Shown here in pieces: positions 56,245 through 64,000 of a stretch of DNA of 64,000 nt (position 1 is its first letter; the number at the start of each line of letters is the position of its first letter). Source of the stretch: an uncultured Gemmatimonadales bacterium (GTDB lineage: Bacteria; Gemmatimonadota; Gemmatimonadetes; Gemmatimonadales; GWC2-71-9); NCBI GenBank assembly GCA_963771275.1, contig CAVYSW010000011.1:79123-143122 (forward strand). Reading direction: 5' to 3'. The position numbers were made by a program, and so were the translations under genes. Under the pieces are notes generated by a model. It saw only the letters and a list, made by a program, of their open reading frames with translations, ran no database searches and was not told the DNA's origin.

Positions 56245-56985
56245 ATGCACCGTACCGCAGTCGTCGTCGCGATTCTCGCCCTTGCGGGCTGCACCGCTCC
56301 GCGGGCTGGAGGGGGCGAGCGGGCGGCGACCGCCGAGCTCCAGTCCCTGATCGACAGCGTGCTCACGGCGCACGGCGGCGTGGCAGGGCTGCGCCGGATG
56401 ACGACCTATGCCATGCAGGGCCGGATCGAGGCGGCGGACCGGCCGGGCAGCGCCACCACGTTCCGCACATTCCAGCGCCCCGACCGGCTGCGCATCGTCA
56501 TTCACTATCCCCGGGTCGTCGAAGTGCGGATTCTCGACGGACAGCGCGGCTGGCGGCGCGAGGCCTCCGGCACGTACACCGACGCGACCGGCCCGGCCCT
56601 CGCCGCGATGCGCCTGCAGGCGGCGCGCGCCGACGCGCTCTGGATCCTCGCCGAGCACCGTGGGGACGCCCGGGCGATCGCTCCGCTCGATCAGAAGGGA
56701 CACCGCTACCCCGGCGTCGCGCTCGCGCTGGGAGACGGGCTCGAGCTGCGCCTCTACGTGGACCCCGACACTCACCTGGTGACGGTCACCGAGTCGTCCA
56801 TGCGCGTCGACGACGTCGACACCGCGTTCCGGACGATCTACGCCGACTACCGGCCGGTGGACGGCGTGCTGTTTGCGTTCCGCGAAGAGAACTTCACCGC
56901 CGGCCAGCACACGGGGTCGACCTTCCTCGACGAAGTGCGGGTCAACCCCGAGCTCGGACCGACCACGTTCGCCCCCGGGCAGTAG
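56245..56985 (+). CDS. Hypothetical lipoprotein
   Basis: Lipobox LAGC. AHGG, DGQRGW, YADYRPVDGVLFAF, VNP (pattern reminiscent of LolA-like proteins). Confidence 0.7.
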   Translation: MHRTAVVVAILALAGCTAPRAGGGERAATAELQSLIDSVLTAHGGVAGLRRMTTYAMQGRIEAADRPGSATTFRTFQRPDRLRIVIHYPRVVEVRILDGQRGWRREASGTYTDATGPALAAMRLQAARADALWILAEHRGDARAIAPLDQKGHRYPGVALALGDGLELRLYVDPDTHLVTVTESSMRVDDVDTAFRTIYADYRPVDGVLFAFREENFTAGQHTGSTFLDEVRVNPELGPTTFAPGQ

Positions 56986-57027
56986 TCGCCCGGCGACGCC
57001 GCCCCGCGTCTTTCCCCGGAGCCCGCC

Positions 57028-57486
57028 GTGTCCACTGACACGCTCTTCACGATCTGCACGGCCGTCGTTCTCCCGCAATGGCTGCTCATGGTGGTCGCCC
57101 CGCGCTGGAAGGGCACGAGGCGGCTGATCGCGTGGAACGCGATGCCGCTGCTGCTCGCCGGCGTCTATCTGTACCTCGTCGTGACGACCTTCGGGCGGGC
57201 GGAGGGCGGCTTCGGGTCGCTCGACGCGGTGGAGCGGCTGTTCGCCAACCGCGAGGCGCTCCTCGCCGGGTGGATCCACTACCTGGTGCTCGATCTCTTC
57301 GTGGGCGGATGGATGACGCGCGACGCCATGCGGCTCGGGGTGTCCGCCGTCGCCACGGCGCCGTGTCTGGTGCTGACGTGCCTGCTCGGGCCGGCGGGCC
57401 TGCTGCTGTACTGGGCGGTCCGCAGCCCGCACGCGCGGCGGCGGCCGCCGTTCGCCGTGCTGGCCGGCGGCTGGCCCCCCGCCTAG
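57028..57486 (+). CDS. ABA4-like (DUF4281) membrane protein
   Basis: PQWLLM..APRW, GWIHYL..DLFVG, PCL.LT..LGPAGLL. GTG start. Confidence 0.85.
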   Translation: MSTDTLFTICTAVVLPQWLLMVVAPRWKGTRRLIAWNAMPLLLAGVYLYLVVTTFGRAEGGFGSLDAVERLFANREALLAGWIHYLVLDLFVGGWMTRDAMRLGVSAVATAPCLVLTCLLGPAGLLLYWAVRSPHARRRPPFAVLAGGWPPA

Positions 57487-57538
57487 ACCTCGGTGAGACG
57501 GCGACGGGCGCCCCTACCTGCGCTTTCCACGGCGGGCT

Positions 57539-59272
57539 ATGCTTGATGGCATGCTGACCCCCAGCCGACTCTCTCGGGCCCTGCGGTGGGAAGTGCTGGT
57601 CGGCGACCGGCTACGCCGCGTCGGGCTCGAGAGCCTGCGGCGGAAGATCCTGGTCTTTGCGCTCCTCGCGGTCCTGATCCCGTCTCTCAGCACGGCCTGG
57701 ATGTCCTATGTCCAGAACCGCCGTTCACTCTCTGCGAAGGTGGCGGAGGGCCTGGACCGCAGCAGTGCGCAGGCGGAACGGGCGCTGGACCTGTGGATCA
57801 AGGAGCGGCTGTACGACGCGCGGGTCTACACCGGCTCCTACGAGGTCACCGAGAACCTCGGCCTCTCGGCCCGCGCAGGGCAGACGCTCAGCCGGCTGAA
57901 CGACTATCTCCGCTCGGTGCGGACCCGGTCGCTGGGGTTCGTCGAGCTGCAGGTGACGACGCCCCAAGGCCGGGTCGTCGCCTCCAGCGCGCCCGAGGCC
58001 GCCACGTTTCATCTACCAGACTCCTGGCTCGGCGATGTGCAGCAGGACAAGCCCGTGATCGGCACGCCGTTCTGGGACGCGGACGCCCGCGGGCCGGTCG
58101 TTCCGATCGCGGTGCCCGTGAAGAGCAACGACGGTCGGGTGCTGGGCGCGCTCACCGCCAAGCTCGCGTTCAGCCCGGACTCCATCTTCCGGGGCGCCGT
58201 GCCGGAGCCGTCCGGGGCGCTGTACGTCGTGAACGCGGCGTACGGCGTGATCATCGGCTCAGACAGCACGTCCGCCGCGCTGATGGACAGCCGGTTCGAT
58301 TCGACCATCGTGCGGGAGATGCTCGCGCGCAACCCCGCGCCCGCCAGCTTCCACAGCCCGCAGCAGGGAATCCAGGTCGTGGGGACGGCGCAGGCGGTGC
58401 GTTTCGGGTGGTACGTGGTGGCGCAGCTCCCGGAACGGGAGGCGTTCGCGCAGGTGCGGCACCTGCGCAACGTCACCGTGCTCACCGTGCTCGGGCTGCT
58501 CATCGTAGTGGGGCTGATGGGGTACGTGCTGGCGCAGCTGATCATCCGGCCGCTCAACCGCCTGACGCAGGGCGCGACTGAGGTCGCGGCGGGCAACCTG
58601 GACGTCGATCTCAAGGCGGTCGGCGGCGGCGAGCTGGGCTCTCTGGTGGACGTCTTCAACGGGATGGTCGAGCAGCTGCGCCGGAACCGGGCCGAGCTGG
58701 ACGCGAATAACGAGCTGCTCCGCACGAAGAACGAGGAGCTCGAGCATCTCGCGATCACCGACGCGCTCACCGGCCTGTCCAACCGCCGGCACCTGATTGC
58801 CGTGCTGACGCGGGAGACGCTCCGCGCCCGGCGGCACGAATCGCACTTCGCCGTTCTCATGCTGGACGTGGATCAGTTCAAGCGGTACAACGACACGTTC
58901 GGGCATCAGGCCGGTGACGACGTCCTGGTACGGGTCGCCGTCGTGTTAGGGCAGACCGTGCGGGAGGGCGTGGACGTCGCGGCACGGTACGGGGGGGAGG
59001 AGTTCCTGGTGTTGCTGCCGGAGACGCGGATCGACGAGGCCGAGCGCGCGGCCGAACGGATTCGCAGCTTTATCGAAAACGAGTTCTGGGGCCCGGACGA
59101 GCCGCGCCAGGTGACGATCTCGATCGGCGTCGCCGCCTACCCGGCCGACGGCGAGACTCCGGAGACCCTGATCGCGAGCGCGGACGCCGCGATGTACCGT
59201 GCCAAGCAACGCGGGCGGAACCGCGTCGAGCGGGCCGCCCGGGAGAAACCGCAAGCCAAGACCGGAGCCTGA
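57539..59272 (+). CDS. Diguanylate cyclase (TM - Cache-like sensor - TM - HAMP - GGDEF)
   Basis: TDALTGLSNRR, DVDQFK.YNDTFGH..GD, RYGGEEF, AD.AMY.AK..GRN. Confidence 0.92.
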   Translation: MLDGMLTPSRLSRALRWEVLVGDRLRRVGLESLRRKILVFALLAVLIPSLSTAWMSYVQNRRSLSAKVAEGLDRSSAQAERALDLWIKERLYDARVYTGSYEVTENLGLSARAGQTLSRLNDYLRSVRTRSLGFVELQVTTPQGRVVASSAPEAATFHLPDSWLGDVQQDKPVIGTPFWDADARGPVVPIAVPVKSNDGRVLGALTAKLAFSPDSIFRGAVPEPSGALYVVNAAYGVIIGSDSTSAALMDSRFDSTIVREMLARNPAPASFHSPQQGIQVVGTAQAVRFGWYVVAQLPEREAFAQVRHLRNVTVLTVLGLLIVVGLMGYVLAQLIIRPLNRLTQGATEVAAGNLDVDLKAVGGGELGSLVDVFNGMVEQLRRNRAELDANNELLRTKNEELEHLAITDALTGLSNRRHLIAVLTRETLRARRHESHFAVLMLDVDQFKRYNDTFGHQAGDDVLVRVAVVLGQTVREGVDVAARYGGEEFLVLLPETRIDEAERAAERIRSFIENEFWGPDEPRQVTISIGVAAYPADGETPETLIASADAAMYRAKQRGRNRVERAAREKPQAKTGA

Positions 59273-59291
59273 GCTCCGGTCCCCCCATCCG

Positions 59292-60041
59292 CTACTTCCC
59301 CTCGGTCGACCGCCGGCTCGTGAGATCGCGGAAGATCCACCCGGGCCGGCCCTCGGCGTCGGTGATCCTCAGCCAGTCCGCCACGTAGGAGAACGCCGTG
59401 ATCAGGGCTCCCTTCTCCAGCATGTACTGCACCGGGAAGCCGGTGCCGGGGCCACCGCGCACGTTGGCACGCGATGACACCTGCAGGGGCAGGGAAAGCG
59501 CGAACGGCGTCTCATCCGGCCGCAACGTCCCGCGCGCGTCGGGTGGGCCGCCGCCGACGACGCGCGCGACGGCCTTGACCTGCGTCGCGAGGTACAGCGC
59601 CCCGCCGTAGTTCTGCCGGTTGAACTCGGCGGTGCTCATGTCCAGCAGCTGCTTCGCCCTGGTGTAGTCATGGGTTGGGGCGGCACCGGAGCGGGCTCGG
59701 ACCGCCTCCAGGGCGAGCTCCGCCTCGGCCATGCCCGACGCCGCCTCCGCCCGCGTGGCGATGGTCTGCAGCTTCGCCATCGACCGCACGACTTCGCGCG
59801 TCGCCTCATCCAGTCGCTGCTGTAGCTCCTCGAGCTGCGCGTCCCGCTCGAGCACCTGCAATTCGAGCGCCGAGACGCGGCGCTGCAGATCCGGATCCGG
59901 CGTCGTCACCCGCACCGTGTCCACGACGCGCACGGTGTCGTGCACCGCCGGCTCGGGTGCCGGGGCCGCGGGCGGCGTCTTGGGCCCACAGGCGCCCACC
60001 AGCGGAGCCACGAGGAGCAGAACGGGATGGACCGGTCGCAC
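59292..60041 (-). CDS. Lipoprotein with a coiled coil and a C-terminal SH3b domain
   Basis: Lipobox VGAC. Heptad region. ANVRGGPGTGF…WL.I…GWI. Confidence 0.72.
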   Translation of the reverse strand: MRPVHPVLLLVAPLVGACGPKTPPAAPAPEPAVHDTVRVVDTVRVTTPDPDLQRRVSALELQVLERDAQLEELQQRLDEATREVVRSMAKLQTIATRAEAASGMAEAELALEAVRARSGAAPTHDYTRAKQLLDMSTAEFNRQNYGGALYLATQVKAVARVVGGGPPDARGTLRPDETPFALSLPLQVSSRANVRGGPGTGFPVQYMLEKGALITAFSYVADWLRITDAEGRPGWIFRDLTSRRSTEGK

Positions 60042-60187
60042 GGCGGAAAGATAGGCCTTCCCACCCGCCCCCGGGAGAGCGCGGCGGCGCGCCGCAGTTG
60101 ACACCCCCCTACCGGGGCGCCAGAATAGGCCGTCTGCGGCCGGCACTCCTCTCGGCCCGGTCGTGATCACGCAACCCCGGAGAATCC

Positions 60188-62233
60188 ATGGCTGACATCC
60201 AGTCCAGCACGGGTGGCGGACCCCGCTACAGACCCTACGTGCCGGCCGACAAGAGCATGCCGGAGTTCACGCTCAGGGCCCTGATCATCGGCCTGGTGAT
60301 GTGCGTCGTGCTCGGCGCCGCGAACGCCTACCTCGGGCTCAAGGCGGGCATGACGATCGCCGCCACCTACCCCGCGGCGGTGATCGGCATGGCGCTGCTC
60401 AGGCTGATGCGCGGCAGCATCCTCGAGGAGAACTTCGCCCGGACGGTGGGCTCGATCGGCGAGTCGGTCGCGGCCGGGGCGATCTTCACCCTCCCGGCCT
60501 TCTTCATCGCCGGCATCTGGACCGACTTCTACACCACCGGGCACTACATCCAGTCGTCCCTGATCATGCTGGCGGGCGGCGTGCTCGGCATCATGTTCGT
60601 GGCGCTGCTCAGGCGCGTGATGGTCGAGGACGCCGAGCTGCCGTTCCCCGAGTCCGTGGCCGCCTCCGAGATCCACAAGGCGGGACAGCGGGGCGGCACC
60701 GGCGCCCGGTTCCTGTTCGGCGCCATGGGGCTGGGCGCGGTGATCCAGGCACTGGCCCAGTTCCGGGTGTTCAAGACCAGCTGGGAGCACTTCGTCGCCT
60801 TCGCCAAGGCCACGATCGACCTCAAGGGCAGCGGGAACGCCACCGGAGAGAGTGGCCTCCTGCTCAGCTCCCCCGGGGTGAGCCCCGCCTACGTCGGCGT
60901 GGGCTACATCATCGGCCCCAAACTGGCGTCGCTCAACTTCTCGGGCGGCCTGCTCGCGTGGGGCCTGTTCGTGCCGATCATCGCCTACTTCCTCGGCCCG
61001 AGCTTGATGCCGGCCGACGCGCTGCCCGGGTCGGAGACCTGGGTCGATATGTCGAAGAACGTGTGGCGCTACATCGTCCGGCCGATGGCCATCGGCGGCA
61101 TGCTCATGGCCGCCGCGTTCACGCTGTTCCGGATGCGCAAGAGCCTGGCGGCGGGCATCGGCCGCTCGATCGGCGACGTCAAGAAGGCCGCCGCAGGTCA
61201 CGCGGCCGAAGTCCGCACCGAGCAGGACATCAAGTTCACGCAGGTCGTGCTCGGCATCCTGGCGGTCGGCGTGCTGACGTTCTTCATCTACAACTTCTTC
61301 GCGCAGAACGTCGGCGCGGCGCTGGTCGCGACCGTCGTGATGATCGTCGCCGGGTTCTTCTTCGCGGCCGTCTCCGGCTACCTCGTCGGGATCATCGGCT
61401 CGTCGAACAACCCGATCTCGGGCCTCACGCTGTCCACGCTGCTCGTGGCGGCGCTGCTGATGGTCGCCCTCGGCCAGCGGGGCCAGGCCGGCGTGGCGGC
61501 GGTGCTCGGCGTCGCGGGCGTCGTGTGCGTCTCGGCGGCCGTCGCGGGCGAGATGCTGCAGGACCTCAAGGTCGGCCACATCCTCGGCGGCACGCCGTGG
61601 AAGATGCAGCTGGGTGACCTGATCGGCGTCGCGGCCGCGGCCGCGGTGATGTTCTTCCCGCTGGTGATCCTGCACCAGGGCGACATCAACCTGGGCGGCA
61701 CGGGCCTCGGCGGCGAGAAGTACCCCGCCCCGCAGGCGAGCCTCATGGCGCTGCTGTCGCAGGGCATCGTGGGCGGGCAGATGGCCTGGCCGCTGATCGT
61801 CGTCGGGATGCTGATGGCGCTCGGCATGATCCTGATGCAGGTGCGGAGCCCGATGCTCGTCTGCGTCGGCATGTACCTGCCGCTCGAGACCACGTTCGCG
61901 ATCTTCATCGGCGGCGTGATCAAGGGCATCGTGGAGCGGTTCAACGTGAGGCGCAGCCACAACGACGCGCAGAAGGCACGGGTCGAGAATACGGGCGTGC
62001 TGCTCGCCGCCGGGCTGATCGCCGGCGAGGCGCTGATCGGGCTGCTGTTCGCGGGTCTCGCGGTGGCGAATCTGTCATTCCCGGACTGGCTGCCGAGCAT
62101 CTTCCGGTTCATGCCGCTCCCGTTCGGGGTGAGCCTGCTCGTGTTCCTCCTGATCGGCTGGATCCTGGTGAAGATCCCGCTCGACAACGCGGGCCGCCCG
62201 GACGAGCCAGCCCCGCCAAGCGCCGTGATGTGA
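60188..62233 (+). CDS. OPT family oligopeptide transporter
   Basis: EFTLRA, NAYLGLKAG, SILEEN, LPFPE, GYIIG, GSSNNPISG, LQDLKVG..LGGTP, APQA.LM, GLIAGE. Confidence 0.93.
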   Translation: MADIQSSTGGGPRYRPYVPADKSMPEFTLRALIIGLVMCVVLGAANAYLGLKAGMTIAATYPAAVIGMALLRLMRGSILEENFARTVGSIGESVAAGAIFTLPAFFIAGIWTDFYTTGHYIQSSLIMLAGGVLGIMFVALLRRVMVEDAELPFPESVAASEIHKAGQRGGTGARFLFGAMGLGAVIQALAQFRVFKTSWEHFVAFAKATIDLKGSGNATGESGLLLSSPGVSPAYVGVGYIIGPKLASLNFSGGLLAWGLFVPIIAYFLGPSLMPADALPGSETWVDMSKNVWRYIVRPMAIGGMLMAAAFTLFRMRKSLAAGIGRSIGDVKKAAAGHAAEVRTEQDIKFTQVVLGILAVGVLTFFIYNFFAQNVGAALVATVVMIVAGFFFAAVSGYLVGIIGSSNNPISGLTLSTLLVAALLMVALGQRGQAGVAAVLGVAGVVCVSAAVAGEMLQDLKVGHILGGTPWKMQLGDLIGVAAAAAVMFFPLVILHQGDINLGGTGLGGEKYPAPQASLMALLSQGIVGGQMAWPLIVVGMLMALGMILMQVRSPMLVCVGMYLPLETTFAIFIGGVIKGIVERFNVRRSHNDAQKARVENTGVLLAAGLIAGEALIGLLFAGLAVANLSFPDWLPSIFRFMPLPFGVSLLVFLLIGWILVKIPLDNAGRPDEPAPPSAVM

Positions 62234-62250
62234 CGGCTCAGGGATGCGAC

Positions 62251-62276
62251 TGCGGCCTCCTCTCCGGGAGGCCGCA
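62251..62276 (+). other. Intergenic hairpin between the OPT and PqqD genes (no U-tract)
   Basis: TGCGGCCTCC-tctccg-GGAGGCCGCA, perfect 10-bp stem. Confidence 0.5.
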
Positions 62277-62293
62277 ATCACATCGGGACCACG

Positions 62294-62656
62294 ATGCCTG
62301 ACGTGCCGTTCGACGCGCTCGTGCCCGTCCCCCAACACCGCTCGGAGGACGAGCCCGACGGGCGGGTAACCGTGATGGTGCCGCGGTTCACCGGACGGTG
62401 GACGCGCCGGTGGGTGCTTCCGCTGTTCGCCCGGCGCGAGATGCGGCTGCACCTCGACGAGCTCGGGAGCTTCGTGTGGCGCCAGTGCGACGGGCGGACC
62501 ACGGTGGGCGAGATCGCCGCGCGGCTGCAGGCCAGCTCCGGCGAGCAGCGCGCCGAGGCCGGGACTCGGGTGATGACCTTCCTCCGCCGGCTCGCCCGCT
62601 ACGATTCCGTTACGTTTCTCGCACCGGAGCATCCGGTGCGTGAGGCGTCTTCCTGA
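62294..62656 (+). CDS. Stand-alone PqqD family (RRE-like) protein
   Basis: LHLDELGSFVWRQCDGRTTVGEIA…RVMTFLRRL, the winged-helix PqqD pattern. Confidence 0.82.
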   Translation: MPDVPFDALVPVPQHRSEDEPDGRVTVMVPRFTGRWTRRWVLPLFARREMRLHLDELGSFVWRQCDGRTTVGEIAARLQASSGEQRAEAGTRVMTFLRRLARYDSVTFLAPEHPVREASS

Positions 62657-62669
62657 AGGAGAACAAGCG

Positions 62670-64000
62670 ATGTCCAACGCCATTGAAGGGCTCAAGCCCC
62701 CGCTCGTCTGGAAGTACTTCGCGGAGATCGTCAAGATCCCGCGCTGCTCGAAGCACGAAGAGAAGATGACCAGGTACGTGCTGGAAACGGCGAAGCGCCT
62801 GGGCCTGGCGGCCAAGGCCGACCGCCTGGGCAACGTCGTGGCGCGCAAGCCCGCCTCGCCGGGCAAGGAGCGCGTGCCGATGGTGTGCCTGCAGGGCCAC
62901 CTCGACATGGTCTGCGAGAAGAACAAGGACGTGGTGCACGACTTCGCCAAGGACCCGATCGAGCTGGTGCGCAAGGGCGACGTGATGATGGCCGACGGGA
63001 CCACACTCGGCGCCGACAACGGGGTCGCCGTGGCGACGAACCTCGCCATCATGGAGGACAAGACGCTGGTGCACGGCCCGCTCGAGTTCCTGTTCACCAT
63101 TGACGAAGAGACCGGCCTCACGGGCGCGGCGGGGCTCGAGGCCGGCTTCCTCGAGAGCCGCATCCTGCTCAACCTCGACTCCGAGGAAGAGGGCGAGCTG
63201 TACGTCGGCTGCTCCGGCGGGCGTGACACCACGGGCACGTGGACGGTCGCGTTCGACCCGGCTCCCGCCCAGGCCGTGGCGGGGCTCCTGGCGGTGACCG
63301 GCCTCAAGGGCGGGCACTCGGGCATGGAGATTCACCAGGGCCGCGGCAACGCCATCAAGACGCTGAACCGCGCGCTGCGTCTGCTCGGCGGCCTGGGGGC
63401 CCGGCTGTCGTCGATCCAGGGCGGCAGCAAGCGGAACGCGATCCCGCGCGAGGCCGAAGCAACGGTGTGGGTGCCGGCGAAGCGCTGGGACGAGGCCGTG
63501 CAGGCGGTGCACGCGTTCAACAAGACCGCGCGGGCCGAGGTCGGCACGGTGGATCCCGACCTCACGGTGTCGCTCACGGCGATCAAGGGGGCGAAGCGCG
63601 GCAAGGTGATCAAGCAGGCGCAGCAGAAGAAGCTGCTGCAGACGATCGCCGCGTTGCCCCACGGCGTGATGAAGATGAGCGCGGACATTCCCGGACTGGT
63701 CGAGACCTCGACCAACGTGGCGGTGATCGAGACCGGCAAGAAGGGGATCAGCCTCGCCACCAGCCAGCGGAGCTCCGTGGCGTCGGAGATCGACGAGATG
63801 TGCGACACGGTGCGCACGGTCTTCGAGCTGGGCGGGGCCGCGGTGGCGCAGGGGGACGGCTATCCGGGCTGGAAGCCCAACCTCGCCTCGCCGATCCTCA
63901 AGCTCGCCAAGCGCACGTACAAGGAGCTGTACGGCAAGGAGCCGGCGGTGAAGGCGATCCATGCCGGCCTCGAGTGCGGCATCATCGGCGAGCGGGTGCC
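62670..64000 (+). CDS. pepD: Aminoacyl-histidine dipeptidase (M20 family), truncated by the window edge
   Basis: Read directly from ATG 62670 (RBS AAGGAG): IPRCSKHE, LQGHLDMVCEK, TTLGADNG, DEETGL, NLDSEE, GGHSG, IHAGLECG. No stop codon before 64000. Confidence 0.92.
   Translation, partial: MSNAIEGLKPPLVWKYFAEIVKIPRCSKHEEKMTRYVLETAKRLGLAAKADRLGNVVARKPASPGKERVPMVCLQGHLDMVCEKNKDVVHDFAKDPIELVRKGDVMMADGTTLGADNGVAVATNLAIMEDKTLVHGPLEFLFTIDEETGLTGAAGLEAGFLESRILLNLDSEEEGELYVGCSGGRDTTGTWTVAFDPAPAQAVAGLLAVTGLKGGHSGMEIHQGRGNAIKTLNRALRLLGGLGARLSSIQGGSKRNAIPREAEATVWVPAKRWDEAVQAVHAFNKTARAEVGTVDPDLTVSLTAIKGAKRGKVIKQAQQKKLLQTIAALPHGVMKMSADIPGLVETSTNVAVIETGKKGISLATSQRSSVASEIDEMCDTVRTVFELGGAAVAQGDGYPGWKPNLASPILKLAKRTYKELYGKEPAVKAIHAGLECGIIGERV

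Noticed and set aside
22886..62656. RiPP system formed by the radical SAM gene and the PqqD protein
   Set aside because: They are about 38 kb apart, the radical SAM is AmrS-type rather than a SPASM maturase, and no precursor peptide is evident.

Overview
Very GC-rich, gene-dense 64-kb bacterial window. The Ser/Thr kinase-TolB-TPR, VPS10/BNR, M28 and S46 families and the signal-peptide style suggest Gemmatimonadota, but that is inference. I found no rRNA, tRNA, CRISPR array or mobile element. Two large systems stand out. (1) At 13989-21029 is a five-gene putative trans-envelope electron conduit: a His-rich inner-membrane protein, a 20-heme and a 17-heme c-type cytochrome (CxxCH motifs counted by hand), an outer-membrane beta-barrel, and a membrane-anchored ferredoxin/flavoprotein whose thioredoxin-reductase-like motifs are in permuted order. 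(2) At 32891-52326 is an anaerobic benzoyl-CoA degradation island: a TetR regulator, had, oah, an SDR, a thiolase/DUF35 pair, dch, ATP-dependent class I bcrCBAD, a small CxxC protein, an interposed leuB/Zn-ribbon-TPR/leuA-like/iorAB cassette, and a convergent thiolase plus a reversed HACD-ECH fusion. The rest encodes peptide- and glycan-scavenging enzymes, malic enzyme, a di-cupredoxin, AmrS, ALDH7, FKBP, a desaturase, a diguanylate cyclase and an OPT-PqqD-PepD cluster that runs off the right edge. Two genes carry single-base insertions, possibly assembly errors. All family calls come from motif recognition; no searches were run.
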